A stretch of 64,000 nt of DNA from Xylographa opegraphella (taxonomy: Eukaryota), in NCBI GenBank assembly GCA_022813865.1, contig JALDZX010000039.1, positions 124,001 through 188,000 of the forward strand. The letters are read 5' to 3'. Below the pieces are notes generated by a model, which was given only the letters and a program-made list of their open reading frames with translations, did not search any database and had not been told where the DNA came from. The stretch's first letter is position 1. Each line of letters starts with the position of its first letter. Positions 39,960 through 52,864 of the stretch are shown in pieces. The position numbers and the translations under genes are program-made.

Positions 39960-41452
39960 ATGCCGCCAACGTCTGAAGCCGCTTCTCCCATCGGGATAGC
40001 TAATGTGAGTAGAGAGCGTAGCATTCCGTGGACACTGGTTGCCTCAATGATGGCATTTGCTGACCGAATTGCTGCAGCTTCCCAATCAGAGGTACGCTTC
40101 CTGACCACATGACCAGCAGATTCCATGATGGAGCCTGACTTGAATCATATAGACACAAAATCGTTGCCAAGAGGGGTGCAGCGTTTACCATAATGGTATC
40201 TCGATCGTCCGCCTACTCGTATGTGAAAGTTAACTGGACCAGGTGGCTGGCGAGTCTGGACTGGGAAAGACCACTTTCATCAATACTCTCTTTTCGACCA
40301 CAATCAAGAACTACGCAGACCACAAGCGCAGACACGCGAAGCAAGTAGACAAGACGGTCGAAATCGAGATCACTAAAGCGGAATTAGAGGAGAAGTTCTT
40401 CAAAGGTAGAGGCTGTCCTTTTCACGAGGAAGCAAATAAGCTTATGTTTGCTTTCTAGTTCGATTGACTGTCATCGACACGCCTGGTTTCGGTGACTATG
40501 TCAATAACCGCGATTCATGGATGCCCATTATTGAATTCCTCGACGATCAACACGAGTCCTACATGCTGCAAGAACAACAGCCGCGCCGGTCGGATAAGAT
40601 CGATCTCCGTGTTCATGCTTGTTTGTACTTCATTCGTCCTACCGGCCACACCTTGAAACCCCTCGACATCGAAGTGATGAAACGATTGAGCTCTCGTGTG
40701 AATTTGATCCCCGTGGTAGCAAAGGCAGATACTTTGAGCCCAACAGATCTTGCCAAATTCAAGCATAGGGTATGCAACTGGGCCGGCTCTACTTCGGCTA
40801 CGGAATCGCTGACTGCGCCTTAGATCCGAGCTGTCATCGAAGCTCAAGGCATCAAAATATATCAGCCACCTGTCGAGGAAGATGATGAGGCTGCCGCACA
40901 TCATGCTCGCACCCTCATGGCAGCGATGCCGTTCTCGGTCATTGGCTCGGAAAAGGATGTCAAGACAGGCGATGGTCGTGTAGTGAAAGGTCGCCAATAC
41001 TCGTGGGGTATCGCGGAGGTAGAGAATGATGACCACTGCGACTTCAAGAAACTTCGATCGATTCTCATCCGTACTCACATGTTGGATCTGATCCACACAA
41101 CCGAAGAGATGCATTATGAAGCATATAGGGCGCAACAGATGGAGACACGAAAGTTTGGCGAGGCTCGACCAAGGAAGCTGGACAACCCTAAGTTCAAGGA
41201 GGAGGAGGAGAGCTTGCGGAAGAGGTTCACGGATCAGGTCAAATTCGAAGAGAACCGGTTCCGACAATGGGAACAGAAATTGATCCAGGAGCGTGACCGT
41301 CTGAACAAGGATCTCGAGAGCACCCACGCAGCGTAAGTGGCCAGCTACGGTTTATTGAAGAGACGTGACTAATGCAGCACAGGATCAAGAACCTCGAGAA
41401 CGAGTTGGAGCAGATGCAGGGCAGCGTACAGCGAAGCCACGGACGTCGTTGA
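39960..41452 (+). CDS. CDC12: Septin Cdc12/AspC
   Basis: Product SPIGIANLPNQRHKIVAKRG, P-loop GESGLGKT, DTPGFGD, AKAD, GRQYSWG, and a coiled-coil tail ending SHGRR. 14-nt exon at 40078-40091. Confidence 0.92.
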
Positions 41453-42081
41453 GCGGTCGAGGAGGGTTTCGTAACCTCTCGCACGGTATCACTGAACCGC
41501 CCAGCTCGGGGTATTCACCACTGTGGGTTTAATTTATTCGGATGGAGCGTCGGGGCCCGAATGGCTGAACGGAGCCATCCCGCGGCCTGTGTTTCGGTAT
41601 GGAGCATACGGATACACCTGTCCCTTGTCTTTTTTCTTTCCCGTAGCCTACCTTAGATACCACCATACTCAATAATCCGATCACCGATTTCGTTTTCTCC
41701 CCGTTCGAGTGTCTGCCATGCCCGCGTGCCCCTCGTCCCTCGCACTCTTCTTCCCTGCGTCTAGCTACCTACCTAGCTACCTACCTAGGTATGCTTCCTC
41801 GGCCATCCATCGTACCTGCCTCTGATCCCCTCCCCCTTCCCCGCCTGGTCACCTTGTCGACGTACTTGTCCTACCAACCGCCCGCTTCCCAGTCATATTT
41901 TAGTACCTTATCATCTCGGCATCTCAGCATCTTATTTCTCGGCATCTCGGCAATCTGCTCCCCGTTTCCAACCCCCCATCCAGCCTCCACCCATCTCCCA
42001 TCTCCCCGCGCCCTTCGCGCACACCCAGCGCACGGATGAAAACGGATGAAAACAAGCATCCAAAACGCCCCGCATATTGGA

Positions 42082-42175
42082 AGTTGTTGTTGTTGTTGTT
42101 TCATTCCAGATCCGGATCCGGATCCAGATGCAGATCCAATCCGGATCCGACCCCGAGCCCAAGTCCGACCCCAAG
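42082..42175. repeat. (TGT)n microsatellite followed by a degenerate GATCCG/GATCCA hexamer array
   Basis: Read directly from the sequence. Confidence 0.7.
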
Positions 42176-42672
42176 CACCAGTCCAGCGAATCCAAATGAC
42201 AGGAGCGGGTAAGGAGAGAGGGAGTGAGGGATCGGAGAGATCATGGTGTGAATGGCAGGGAAGGAGGGAGGTGCGAAGTAAGGTGTCACTGAGAGCGCGG
42301 GGCGGAGTGCGGGGCGGAAGCGGGTGCGGATGTGGACGTGGCAGCAGGAAGCGGGACGTAGAAGCGGGACGACTGGATTGGAATGCGCTCGACGGGAAGG
42401 TGAGAGGGCGGAATACAGCACTGCACGACACGCAGGCATAGAGTGAGAAGCGGGGGATATCGTGAGTGCGGAGAAAGAGAGAGTCGACGCCAGCTTGAAA
42501 AGTTGACGAACTATGTATATACCAGTATAAGACCAATAAAATACCATCGAGCTTTAGATCCGCGACCCGTCTACAAACGAGCACACATCCTCCACGCCAT
42601 TATCCTTTTGCCCAAACACCGTCCCCTCCACACCCCTCCCTTCCCTTCCTAACCACATCCTCCCTACCCACT

Positions 42673-44040
42673 CTACTCCACATCCAACCCAAACTCCCCC
42701 GCATTCAACAACTCCACCGCACGCTCCAAATCCCTCTCATCAACCATGACCGTGCCCGCCCGCGCCGTACTCAAATAACTCATCTCCACGCCCCCTCCAA
42801 TCCCACCACCATCACCACCACCACCCACCAACTTCCCCGCAACCCCACAAACAATGCCCGTCGCCTCCACCGGCAACGGCTCCAGATTCAGCGTGATAGG
42901 GATAAGGAAATCGTCCTTGCAGCCCAGCAACACGTCCTGCGGCCCTCGGAAATGCGCGAGCGCCGCCCGCTCCAGCAGCACCGAGGCCGGCTCCGACCGC
43001 GTGAGCGTGAGGCTGAGGAAACGCGGTGGGTGCACGAGACAGCGCGTGAGGCCGATTTGCAGCCGCAAGTCCGGGGCGGAGGAGGAGGCGGCGCCGAGGG
43101 GGTCGCGGCGGCCGGCGCACTGCACGAGGCGGAGGGAGCGGTGCACGTGCGGGACGATGGCGCGGCGGTGGAGGAGGGCGAAGGTACGGGCTTGCAGCTC
43201 GGATACCGTGGTCGGGGGTGGGGTGCTGGGGAGGGGGGCTTCGAGAGAGGAGGTCGAGGATGCGTTGCGGTGGTGGGCGGCTACGTTGACGTAGGCTTCG
43301 GCCGACTTCTCGAAGGCGAAGCCGCGGGCTTCGAGGGCGCGGATGACGGCGCTGCGGGACTTGAGCGGGACGAGGATGTAGTCGGAGAAGTAGGTGGTGA
43401 TGAAGAAGATGGAGCTGGAAGAGGGTCAGGTGGGGTCACGTGAGGGGGAGTGGGTGGGGAGACTGGGGAGGCGTACATGCCAGCCATGGCGAGAGGGCTT
43501 GTCAACTCGAGGACCCGCTGTCCGGCGTCCAGACCTTCGCCTTCGACAGAGATGACGACGAAGTCTTCGCTTGAGATGCTGGCTTGGTCGGACTCGGTTC
43601 CCGCCTTCTTCGGTTTCGCCGCGAGCAGGGGCGCAAAATACTCCTGAGCCAAGACTTTGGAACACACGACGGAACATTCGATGGGGGTGATGGAGATGTT
43701 CAGGAAAGCATGTTGATCCCACGGCGTGGCAGAGTGCGAGTCGTCGTCCGAGGCTCCGTTACCGTTGGCGTGATGGTCTGCCGGGTCGACTGGATTCAGG
43801 AGCTGCAGAAGGGGTTGCACATATCTGGCATAACAGTTCAACGGTATATGGATCAAGCTGAGTCGATCCTCCTGTATATGATCGTACCATTAGCTATTTC
43901 TCGGTCTGGTTTCATATCACAAGGCAGTCGATTGGTCCTGCAACGGCAACAGCACGACGTCCACGGCGGGATGTTGCAGCGGAGCGACTTACCACAAAAT
44001 GGATTTGGGCAGTCATGAGAGCATTGGATTGAGCCATCAT
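42673..44040 (-). CDS. CASTOR/GATS-like tandem ACT-domain protein
   Basis: Exons 44040-43993, 43871 to about 43477, and about 43414-42673. Motifs FLNISITPIECSVVC, LTSPLAMAGISIFFITTYFSDYILVP, LPVEATGIVCGVAGKL and MSYLSTARAGTVMV. Confidence 0.85.
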
Positions 44041-46845
44041 CGTGGTCACTGCTGGCAGCTCTACCAAAGAGGAAGTGACTCTCAAGATATGATATCAAGG
44101 CGGTCAGTCAGCAGCTAGCGTATCAGCACGGCTCGGGGACGGTGGAGCTGAGAGATGGCTGAGTAGGGGGTCGGTAGAAGGTCAGGTTGGCGGGCTTCAT
44201 CCCCAACCGTTTCATTCGGCTGCACGGTGGATTGAACGTGTTGAAATCACGGGACAATAGCATGAGTGTACAACGATGCAGGCTCACAGAAGGAATGTTC
44301 CCACGGTCCTTTTAGATGAGAAATCATGCAACGCAGGCAATGCTCCACATATATCCAGAAGAGCCGGAACAGAACACGGGACTGACGGGCAGGCAGAATA
44401 AGCTCTGGGACATGAAGAGCTGACGGTCGCTCGCATAGGAGAACGGTCGGTCACTGACGACGATGATGAAATGAAACGGACGACAGTGAGGCATGCGTCT
44501 GCAGTCCGTGCTCGATGGGGGAGGAGACAGAGAGGCGATCGATTGGCTGGAGCTGGCCGGTTCATGCATTGGAGGGTGGTATGCTGGGGCGTTTCTCATG
44601 CAGGTCAGAGTGGAGAGGTGGAGAGGCAGGCCTGGGGAAAGCGTGGGGTGCAGGTCACGGGAGGGTTTGGATTAAAGTAGGAAAAGTGATATAGGATGAA
44701 CCCCACGCAGTTCAGGATGGATGCGAGCAAAGAGGGTGCGGCACACGGCAGCGTGATTGGTGTCGTGGCTGAGGGAGAGTCGGGAGATCAGAGAGGGCCC
44801 CTGCACAGGACGGCGTGTCCCGTTCACGGAGATGGTGTGAAAGGTACCTTAGTACCCACTCCTCTAGGATCTCAGAGTACGGGTGCCAGGGACGGAAAGC
44901 ACTGCGGTCGGTCGGGGATGTTGACGCGCAGCGGGAGATAGGATGAACGGAGCGAGTCGAGCAGACGAAGATGAGAGATGAGAGATGAACAGGCACGACG
45001 ACGGACGAGAGTGGGACCAGCGGGACAAGAGTTGAGCGGGATGAATGGCGATGACGTGGGTGTGTCTGTGGAGGGTGTGGCATCACGACTCCGAGTGCCA
45101 CGTGGACGATATGCAATATTTTAAGAAAAGGTACATAGTAAGGTAGTCGCTCTGGTCCAGAAGGGAACACCTTACGTAGACTGGAATACCTAAGGTGGGT
45201 GCTATCTATCTACCCTGCTCTACGACTTCCGTCCTCTACATCGCTACCTTTCGAACGACAACGAGCCCACAGCACCCGGAGGTCCGCGCCAGGCGCCGAG
45301 TGGGAGTTGTGCTTGGAGAGAAGAATCCTCTGCTTCGCTTTCGACCCACCGCTGGAGCATACTTGGCGTGGGGGCGTTCAGCTCCGGGTGAAGTGCAAGT
45401 GAGAGATACACATCACGGGACTCCCGCCTCGTCGGCCCTATCTCCACCACAATTACGGAGGTGTAGTATAATCTACCTGGACTCGACGGATAATCAAAGC
45501 TTAATGTCGAGCAGGAGCGTTGTAGGTGCCACGCTAAAGGAAAAGTATCGTGACAATCGTGACATCAAGTGTTGACATCTGCGGAGCGGCCATCGGCGAG
45601 CCCACATGAGATTTGATAACGATTAAGCTGGACATCTAATCTTGTACTATTAACGCAGTGAGGACTTGACACGAATGGTGAATTGAAGCAGTGACGATTG
45701 TGTGCGGGTGCCGCCCAGCCGGACCCGGTCCATCAGCTGATCCATCCATCCAAACCCACCTTCTGCTCACTTCCCACGCCATTCTCATCATTTCTGGCAG
45801 ACTGTTCCGTCAAGAAGGACTGTCAAATTCCAAAAAGCGAACTCTGGACTACAGATGCAGTCATCGATTCGACCCATCGTCCCCCTCCATGCCTCACTTC
45901 TCGTATCAGGCTGTCTCCGGGCTACGAGGAAAGAGGTTCAATTGCACGGATGCAGAAATGCACGGTGATGCCATCTTCCACGCCCGCTAGCTCGTCTTGC
46001 AGCCGCTCGCGAGACGTGCCTGCATTGGGGACTGTCCATTCGCTGGTCGTCACGTCGACCAATCCTACTGTCACTCGCCCACCCCCTAAGCCGACCGGCC
46101 CAAATCGATCGATGGCAGTCTCGCTGTCGATGGAAGAGGCTCGCACTGCCACCAGCAGTCAATGCATTGAACTACCACGAAGGCAGCTGCGTACCAGGAG
46201 AAGAATGTCCGACGGCTGCTGTGCGTCTGCCCGAACTTGCCTGCACCTGCGATGCTGCAGACGTCAGGATGTATCTCGAAACAGGCCGTGCCTGCCTAGA
46301 ACCCGGATCGTTGACTTTTTTCTCATCCCCGTATCCACATAACGCGATACCACTCTGCCTACCATCCCCACTCGTCATTGGCTGCTCCATTCTTCTCCCA
46401 CGCTTCACCTGTATATGTGCGGCCTTTGACGTCGTTGAATTGAGATCGAGTGCGCCGGCAGGATATGCTTGAGAGGATGTCAGGGAGCGCTCAACCGAGG
46501 TGTCACGCCACGCTTCGCCTGAGCGCGACATGTTGCCATTGTGCAGCCAGTAGACTTTGAGAACCAATGTGAAAAGTCAGAAGCCTGATTTCCTATGAGA
46601 ATACAGAACAATATGTGCTTATATACGGAGTACAGAAATGCAGTATATACACGCTAACCCCGAAATGGGAATTGCCCTCCCCGGAGCGGAACAACCTCGG
46701 AGCGCAAATACAATCCTCCTCCACCTTCAACCCGTGCCTTCGATCCGCACCCTCCATGCATTTCTCCGAGTCCGAAAGCTCTATATAGGCTGGTCATGGA
46801 CATCACCGATCACCAGCATGTTGACACTGCCAGCTGGAGAACCCG

Positions 46846-48111
46846 TCACCGTACATCCTTCACTCCACCCTCCTCCATCTCCAAATCGAACTCGGACTGC
46901 TGCTGATCGGGCCAAAACCTCGCCAGGTTCGTCCACGAGACAAAACGGATCACCCACGTCACGAGACGGAACACTGTCCGAAACAGCCAAATGCCCACGC
47001 TCGTCTCCGGCGTGCAGATGTACGGTGCGTAGCCGCCCATGGGAATCTGCTGGCAATCCTCGACATACGAGCGCAGCCTCTTCTCGTACTTTTCAAACGC
47101 CACCTGGTTCCGGTTCCGTGACATTTCTTGCGCCAGGACCCAAGCACCGATGATCGCCAGCTGGTTCCCTTGGCCGGTGAAGGGAGTGGGGGCCCAAGCG
47201 GCATCACCCAGCAGCACCACTCGGTCCTGGGACCACTTCGGAAGCTTGACCTGCATAAGCTCATCCGAATAGAAGTTCTCGGCCCCCATCATCTGCTGCA
47301 TGACCCGTGGTGTCTCCCAGCCGAGGCCGCTGTACAGTTCGGCAAAGGCTTCTTTCTGCTTCCGTCGGTCGCCCGCGGCATTGGCTCGACGCAGTTGGGG
47401 GACGTCGTCGTTCACATGGATGAGGTATACCGATGTCATCTTGGAATCCTTTCCGATTGGCCGCATCCACACGATTCGCCGGTTCGGGAAATGGCACAGT
47501 TTGGAATAGGGCCAGTCTCGCTCTTCCTTGGGGATGGAGAAGTATGCAACAAAGGCGCCGACAGGCTTGTAGCAGTTGATCGTTTCGGGCGAGCCCATCA
47601 CGAGCTGTCTCGTGCGCGACCTTGCGCCGTCCGCACCGACGACCAGGTCGAATTCCTCGGTTCGGATGCTTTTGTCGCTTCGGTTCTCGAGGTCGACGAA
47701 GACTTTGTCGCGCGTTTGTCGCAGGCCCTGGACGGTGGTCTCGAAGCGATAGGTGACATTGGCGGATTCGTTGGCAGCTTTGTAGAGGATTTCCGTCAGG
47801 TCGCCCCGCATTATCTCCAAGACACCGGTGGGACTGTTAGGACCGACCTCCAAGAAGCCGCGCGATCGAGCCTGCGCGTCCACGAGATCGAATCCTGACT
47901 CGCCGGTCTTCCTCGCGTTGAGCGTGTCGAAGATGCCCATCGCCTTGACCACCTGCAGCGCTGGTTCTTCGATCTCGATGCCCTGTCCCGCTTTCTGTTC
48001 GGCTCTCGAGCGCTCGACGACGACGACTTGGAAGCCGTGTCTGGCGAGCCAGAAGGCCAATACCGAACCCGCGACTCCGGCGCCACATATCAGGACTCGC
48101 TCGGATGACAT
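46846..48111 (-). CDS. Intronless FAD-dependent monooxygenase/oxidoreductase (FAD_binding_3 type)
   Basis: Motifs VLICGAGVAG (Rossmann), DLVVGADGARSRTR, and RVVLLGDAAWAPTPFTGQG. Confidence 0.92.
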   Translation of the reverse strand: MSSERVLICGAGVAGSVLAFWLARHGFQVVVVERSRAEQKAGQGIEIEEPALQVVKAMGIFDTLNARKTGESGFDLVDAQARSRGFLEVGPNSPTGVLEIMRGDLTEILYKAANESANVTYRFETTVQGLRQTRDKVFVDLENRSDKSIRTEEFDLVVGADGARSRTRQLVMGSPETINCYKPVGAFVAYFSIPKEERDWPYSKLCHFPNRRIVWMRPIGKDSKMTSVYLIHVNDDVPQLRRANAAGDRRKQKEAFAELYSGLGWETPRVMQQMMGAENFYSDELMQVKLPKWSQDRVVLLGDAAWAPTPFTGQGNQLAIIGAWVLAQEMSRNRNQVAFEKYEKRLRSYVEDCQQIPMGGYAPYICTPETSVGIWLFRTVFRLVTWVIRFVSWTNLARFWPDQQQSEFDLEMEEGGVKDVR

Positions 48112-48820
48112 CGTGTGTGTTGGTAGTTGCGCTGTCAGATTCGGGAGTTGTTCCGACGGGGTTGGTGCTTCCGGTGTTGCTAGCGACGGCACTGTGCAAA
48201 AAAGATTCAGTGCTGGCTTTGAAAACAAGAGAGGCTTGCTCTCGTGTAATGGACTTGAAGCCTGAAGAATCAGCTCATGCTTCCCCTCGACCTCTGCCCC
48301 TTTCCCAACCCGGAAACTGTGCTCGGAGTCCTTGCTTGCTGTTTGACAAAGATAAACACGTTGTCCTTGCGAAACAGTAACAGTTTTCCTCATCCCTTTG
48401 GCCCATGACACAGCCTGCGTAAAACGATTCACAACTCTGCTGGAAATTCCCATACCTGTCTGTCCGTATCCCGAGCGAAATCGGCTTATATAATCTAATG
48501 CTCTGCGCAACCGAAAGTCCGGTCGAACCTTCGATATCGGCAAGGCGGGCTGACTGGTGGCGGGGATGGAATCACAACAGGAGAACACGATAAATAAGTG
48601 TTTAAGTGAAGTGTTTCGTGAGCGGTGTGTTTGAGTGCCTTTGTTGTTCTGATGCTTGCTGGGTGTGTTTAGGGCAGCAGCTACTGCTTGTTATATACAT
48701 GCTGCCGGAACGTAAACACGACCCACAAACCCGAGCCCCCGAAACCTGGACCGAGCCCGAGGATGAGTTTCGCGCTTGTGCCGATATACAATGGTGGGCC
48801 CGCTCGGGGAAGTAATTTTA

Positions 48821-48850
48821 GGGCTGGTGCTGGGCTGGTGCTGGGCTGGT
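48821..48850. repeat. 11-bp tandem repeat GGGCTGGTGCT (about 2.7 copies)
   Basis: Read directly from the sequence. Confidence 0.85.
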
Positions 48851-49543
48851 TTTGGGGGGTTGAGCACTGAGTGAATAGGAGTCGCCATTTTGTTGGTTGT
48901 AAGTTTGGAATTTGTTTGTGATAGATGGTGTTTTTTATATTCATATCTGATTTTTCTACAGCAGTAACAATAATTTATTTGGTACTGATAGTGACTGTTC
49001 GTATTGATTTCATGATAGGGATTGTTTCGTTAACTCGTTGCGATGAATAGTTGTTTGAGGCATGCATAATGGTTTTTGGTCGCGTGCGATGAAGGTTGTA
49101 AATGCAGCAGTATGATTTCATTTATTTTCGATTTCGGTTTCGGGTTTGATTTCGGCTTTGATTGTCGCCCGAGGGTATTTGGTTCTTTTTTAGCCGTGTA
49201 ATATACATCACGGCAAGCGTCTTGGCAGGCCTGGAGACTCGAAGTGAGTAGTAGGATTTCATGTTTGTCGATCATTGATCCTGCGAAGGTTGGGCGCACT
49301 GTAGGGGCCGCATCTGTACGACCACCTATGCGCTTAATTATTGGCCCCTTCAAGTTCCAAAATGCAAGTGAGCATCCTTTCTACAACTAGTCCTCGACAT
49401 GTGCTCCATACTCGCCCACTCCCCCTCCCATGCCGTCCTCACTCTACCCCATATTGTTTGCGCACTTTACCTCACTATTCCTGCCCCCTTTTTAGCTCAT
49501 TGTCAAGCGTCGGAGGTGTTGGGACGACAGGCGTAGCAACATC

Positions 49544-51314
49544 ATGTCCGACTTGCCGAGCGATGAACAGAACGGCGACGTCTACATTGGGGAGATGGAA
49601 GGAACAGCGAACGATGTGGCGGATATGAACCGCATGGGTAAGAAGCAGGAACTACGAGTGAGGCACTATGCCACGCAAATGCCTTTCCTCCACGGCTGAA
49701 AATGTCCTCCAGCGCACCTTCAGCTTCCTCTCCATCTTCGCCTTCTCCATGATTCTCATGAGTACCTGGGAAAGTCAACTTGGGTGAGCTCATGGCAGGC
49801 TGGCGTCTGGGATGACCTGATTGACTGATCACGATCATGCGAAAGCACTGCAGCCTTTGCTCTGGGCAACGGCGGCACTGGGGGTTTGATCTACGTTTAC
49901 ATGGCTACTGCCGTCGGCTTTTCGATGGTCATTATCTCCATGGCGGAGATGGCCTCTATGGCTCCAACCGCTGGTGGGCAGTATCACTGGGTTTCCGAGT
50001 TTGCACCTCGACGTGCCCAAAAGGTCCTTTCGTACTTCATCGGATGGCTCTGTGTCCTCGGTTGGCAAGCCGGGACTGCCTCCGGCTGTTTCCTGGCCGG
50101 CACTGAAATTCAAGGCCTGATCGTCCTCAATTACCCCAATTATGCTTACCGAAATTGGCACGGCTCATTGCTCACCATCGCAGTGGTATTGGTGTGCGCC
50201 ATTTTCAACACCTTGTTCGCGAAGCACTTTCACCTCGTCGAGGGCATTGTTCTCATTCTCCACATCGCCGGCTTCTTCGCCATCATCCTTCCACTTTGGA
50301 TCCTAGGTCCTCGATCCTCATCTCAAGAAGTGTGGACGACTTTTGAGGACGCCGGAGCCTGGGGTAATACTGGTCTTGCCTGTCTGGTCGGTATCATCAG
50401 TCCTGTGGTATCCATGCTTGGCTCGGATGCGGCCACTCATATGTCGGAGGAGTTACGAAACGCATCCAAATCCCTTCCCAGGTCCATGATCTTCACTGCC
50501 ATCTTCAATGGCCTCCTTGGATTCATAATGGTTATGTCAGTAAATCGCTTTTCATCCTTTTTCTTATTAGCGGATTAACATTCGATCTTCAGCACATTTT
50601 GTTATACCGTCGGTGACATTACCAGCGTTCTCTCGACACCAACGGGATATCCTTTCATTCAAGTCTTCTACAATGCCACAAAATCCACATCAGGTACCAC
50701 CGCCATGACTTCTATTATGATTGCGCTCTCCACCTTCTGCGGCATGACCAACATGGCCACCGCTTCTCGACAGCTCTTCGCTTTCGCTCGTGACCGTGGT
50801 GTCCCTTTCAGCGGCGTCTTCAAACACGTACGTCCCAGTTCCTTACACTCGGTCGTGTGCATCGCTCATAAGTTGGCAGGTCCCCATTGGGTGGGACGTA
50901 CCACTGAACGCTGTCTTCTTCACCGTTTTGATCAACAGTCTCCTTGCTCTGATCAACATCGGGAGCACCATCACTTTCAACCAAATCACGTCGTTGGGCC
51001 TCTGCGCGTTGCTCTCCAGTTACATCGTTTCGATCGCCTGCGTCGCGCTGAAGCGCATTCGAGGCGAACCCCTCCTCCCCGCATACTTCCGGCTTGGCCG
51101 CTTAGGGCTCCTGATCAACGGAACCTCCCTTGTCTTCCTGATCATCGCGTACGCCATGATATTCTTCCCTCCCGTTTCCCAACCGCCATTGGATGCCATG
51201 AACTGGAGCGTTATCATCTACTTCGGAGTCTTGCTGCTGAGTGCCGCGTATTACCTTTTCCGTGGCAGGCATGTTTATGTCGGACCGGTGGAATATGTCC
51301 GTAAATGCTCATGA
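49544..51314 (+). CDS. APC-superfamily amino-acid permease (GABA/choline permease-like)
   Basis: Five exons. Motifs MGKKQELR|RTFS, SMAEMASMAPTAGGQYHWVSEFAP, HMSEE, SRQLFAFARDRGVPFS and MNWS. Confidence 0.93.
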
Positions 51315-52012
51315 TAGGGGCTCAAGTTGGAATGAACGAGACAGGGGCTATTGCGTACATTTGTCCAACGCTGTATGCGCAATTGTAAGGGCCAGGGGGT
51401 TTCCGGCTGTCATATAGGTCTACTTCCTATATACAGTACACCCCGGTTGGGACAAGCGTTTACTTTTAAAATTTATTGGATTAAAAACTCGTAATATCAT
51501 ATGCCTACAATCTATCGATTCATGAATCTCGATAGTTTATTTAACGATCGCAGGCCAACGCCTATTCAAAATAAGTCATTGGGGGTCCAACAGTAGACTA
51601 GACCTTCCCAATGCCCACCCGCCAATCCCCACGGCCCCGCCCGTGCGCGCGCCTGGCTTACATTCGTAGTCTGGGAGTTTAGGACCCCCCACTGAAACTG
51701 CAAACGTTGAACGCTTTGTGCCTTGCGACGGCCGAGGCGGAAAACCGAATTTGCAACCACGGTACTCCGTATGCTGATATGCAGGACCATACCTGTTTCG
51801 CTAACGTACCTCTGAAAAATAGTCCCCCGGAAGGAGACTACGTAATCCCTCTTCGGGGGACAGCATTTTTAGCAAGTAATTTATACCTTTCAAAGTAATG
51901 GCGGTGTAGGCTGCTTGCCTTCGCATCGCAATGGCGGTGTAAGGCGGGGGGGTGTTTACATGCGCGTGTTCGGGTGTGTTGTTCGGGCCGGCGTTGGGGG
52001 CATCAATACGGT

Positions 52013-52280
52013 TACACTAGGGCCGGGACAATGATTCTTCGATGGCCTCAGCCCTGTGTTAGGAAGTCACAGCGCTCGCCGTAAGGGCCAAACCCCTCCA
52101 GGTCATTTCGCTTAGTAGCAAATCACGTTGGGCAGGACCAGGCGTAGAATACTTGATCACTGCCTGATATTGCATCTATGGAAGTTTGCCAAGGAAGAAA
52201 TCCGCTACGTTGTGCTAGGGCCGAACCCTTGGGAGGGTATAACTACAACGGGTTAAATCACCTACTCTGGGCCTAGTGTA
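52013..52280. mobile_element. Possible MITE / non-autonomous DNA transposon remnant
   Basis: TA-CACTAGGGCC ... GGGCCTAGTG-TA imperfect terminal inverted repeats around about 264 bp of non-coding DNA. Confidence 0.3.
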
Positions 52281-52864
52281 AGAACATTGAATTTTGTTGC
52301 TAAGTTAGTGGTCCTTACCTAGGTACGGTTCTTTTACCCTTTTAATTGATTCAATTGATGGTATCGTCCCGTGCGGTTCGTGAGAGCTAACTTGTACTAG
52401 GTATCTAAACGACACTACTGCGTAGTGCGTCATTAAAGTAGAACCAATCGATATCGTCGCCCTTGCAGGCCCCCTGTGACGGGCTCTCGGGGCGTTGCAA
52501 GTCACCCGAAGCCAATAATTAACGGTCGAGTAGGGTGGCCAGATGCGGATTGCATTGTTCTGCTCGATTCAGCCATGGACACTGGAGATGATGGGTACGA
52601 AATGTGCGAATTATGAGTGTACGAATACGATGTCCTGCATGATTGGCGCACAAAGCTCTGGCCTTCCCTGTTCCAAAAGTCGGGAGCCTCATTATTGATT
52701 GAATAATCGTCTTGCATACACGAGGGTCTCCAATGAAGTTGGACTTTACGAGTGCTGTATAAATGTTGTCACATGCCATCAGTCCTGCATTCTGTGCTGG
52801 TATACTGTTTCAAAGATGCCTTTGCTGAGATTTCTCAGTCTCTGAATTTTGGCTGATGTTCGTT

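Noticed and set aside
41871..42584. Overlapping 130-240 aa ORFs in the septin/CASTOR spacer
   Set aside because: Low-complexity translations of microsatellites with no domain or codon signal.
44284..46640. Many short ORFs, checked for an arginine-attenuator-like uORF
   Set aside because: No resemblance to the fungal AAP peptide or any family I recognise.
48112..48588. 159-aa N-terminal extension of the FAD monooxygenase
   Set aside because: Begins at a non-ATG codon. The Rossmann motif follows ATG 48111 directly, as is normal for the family.
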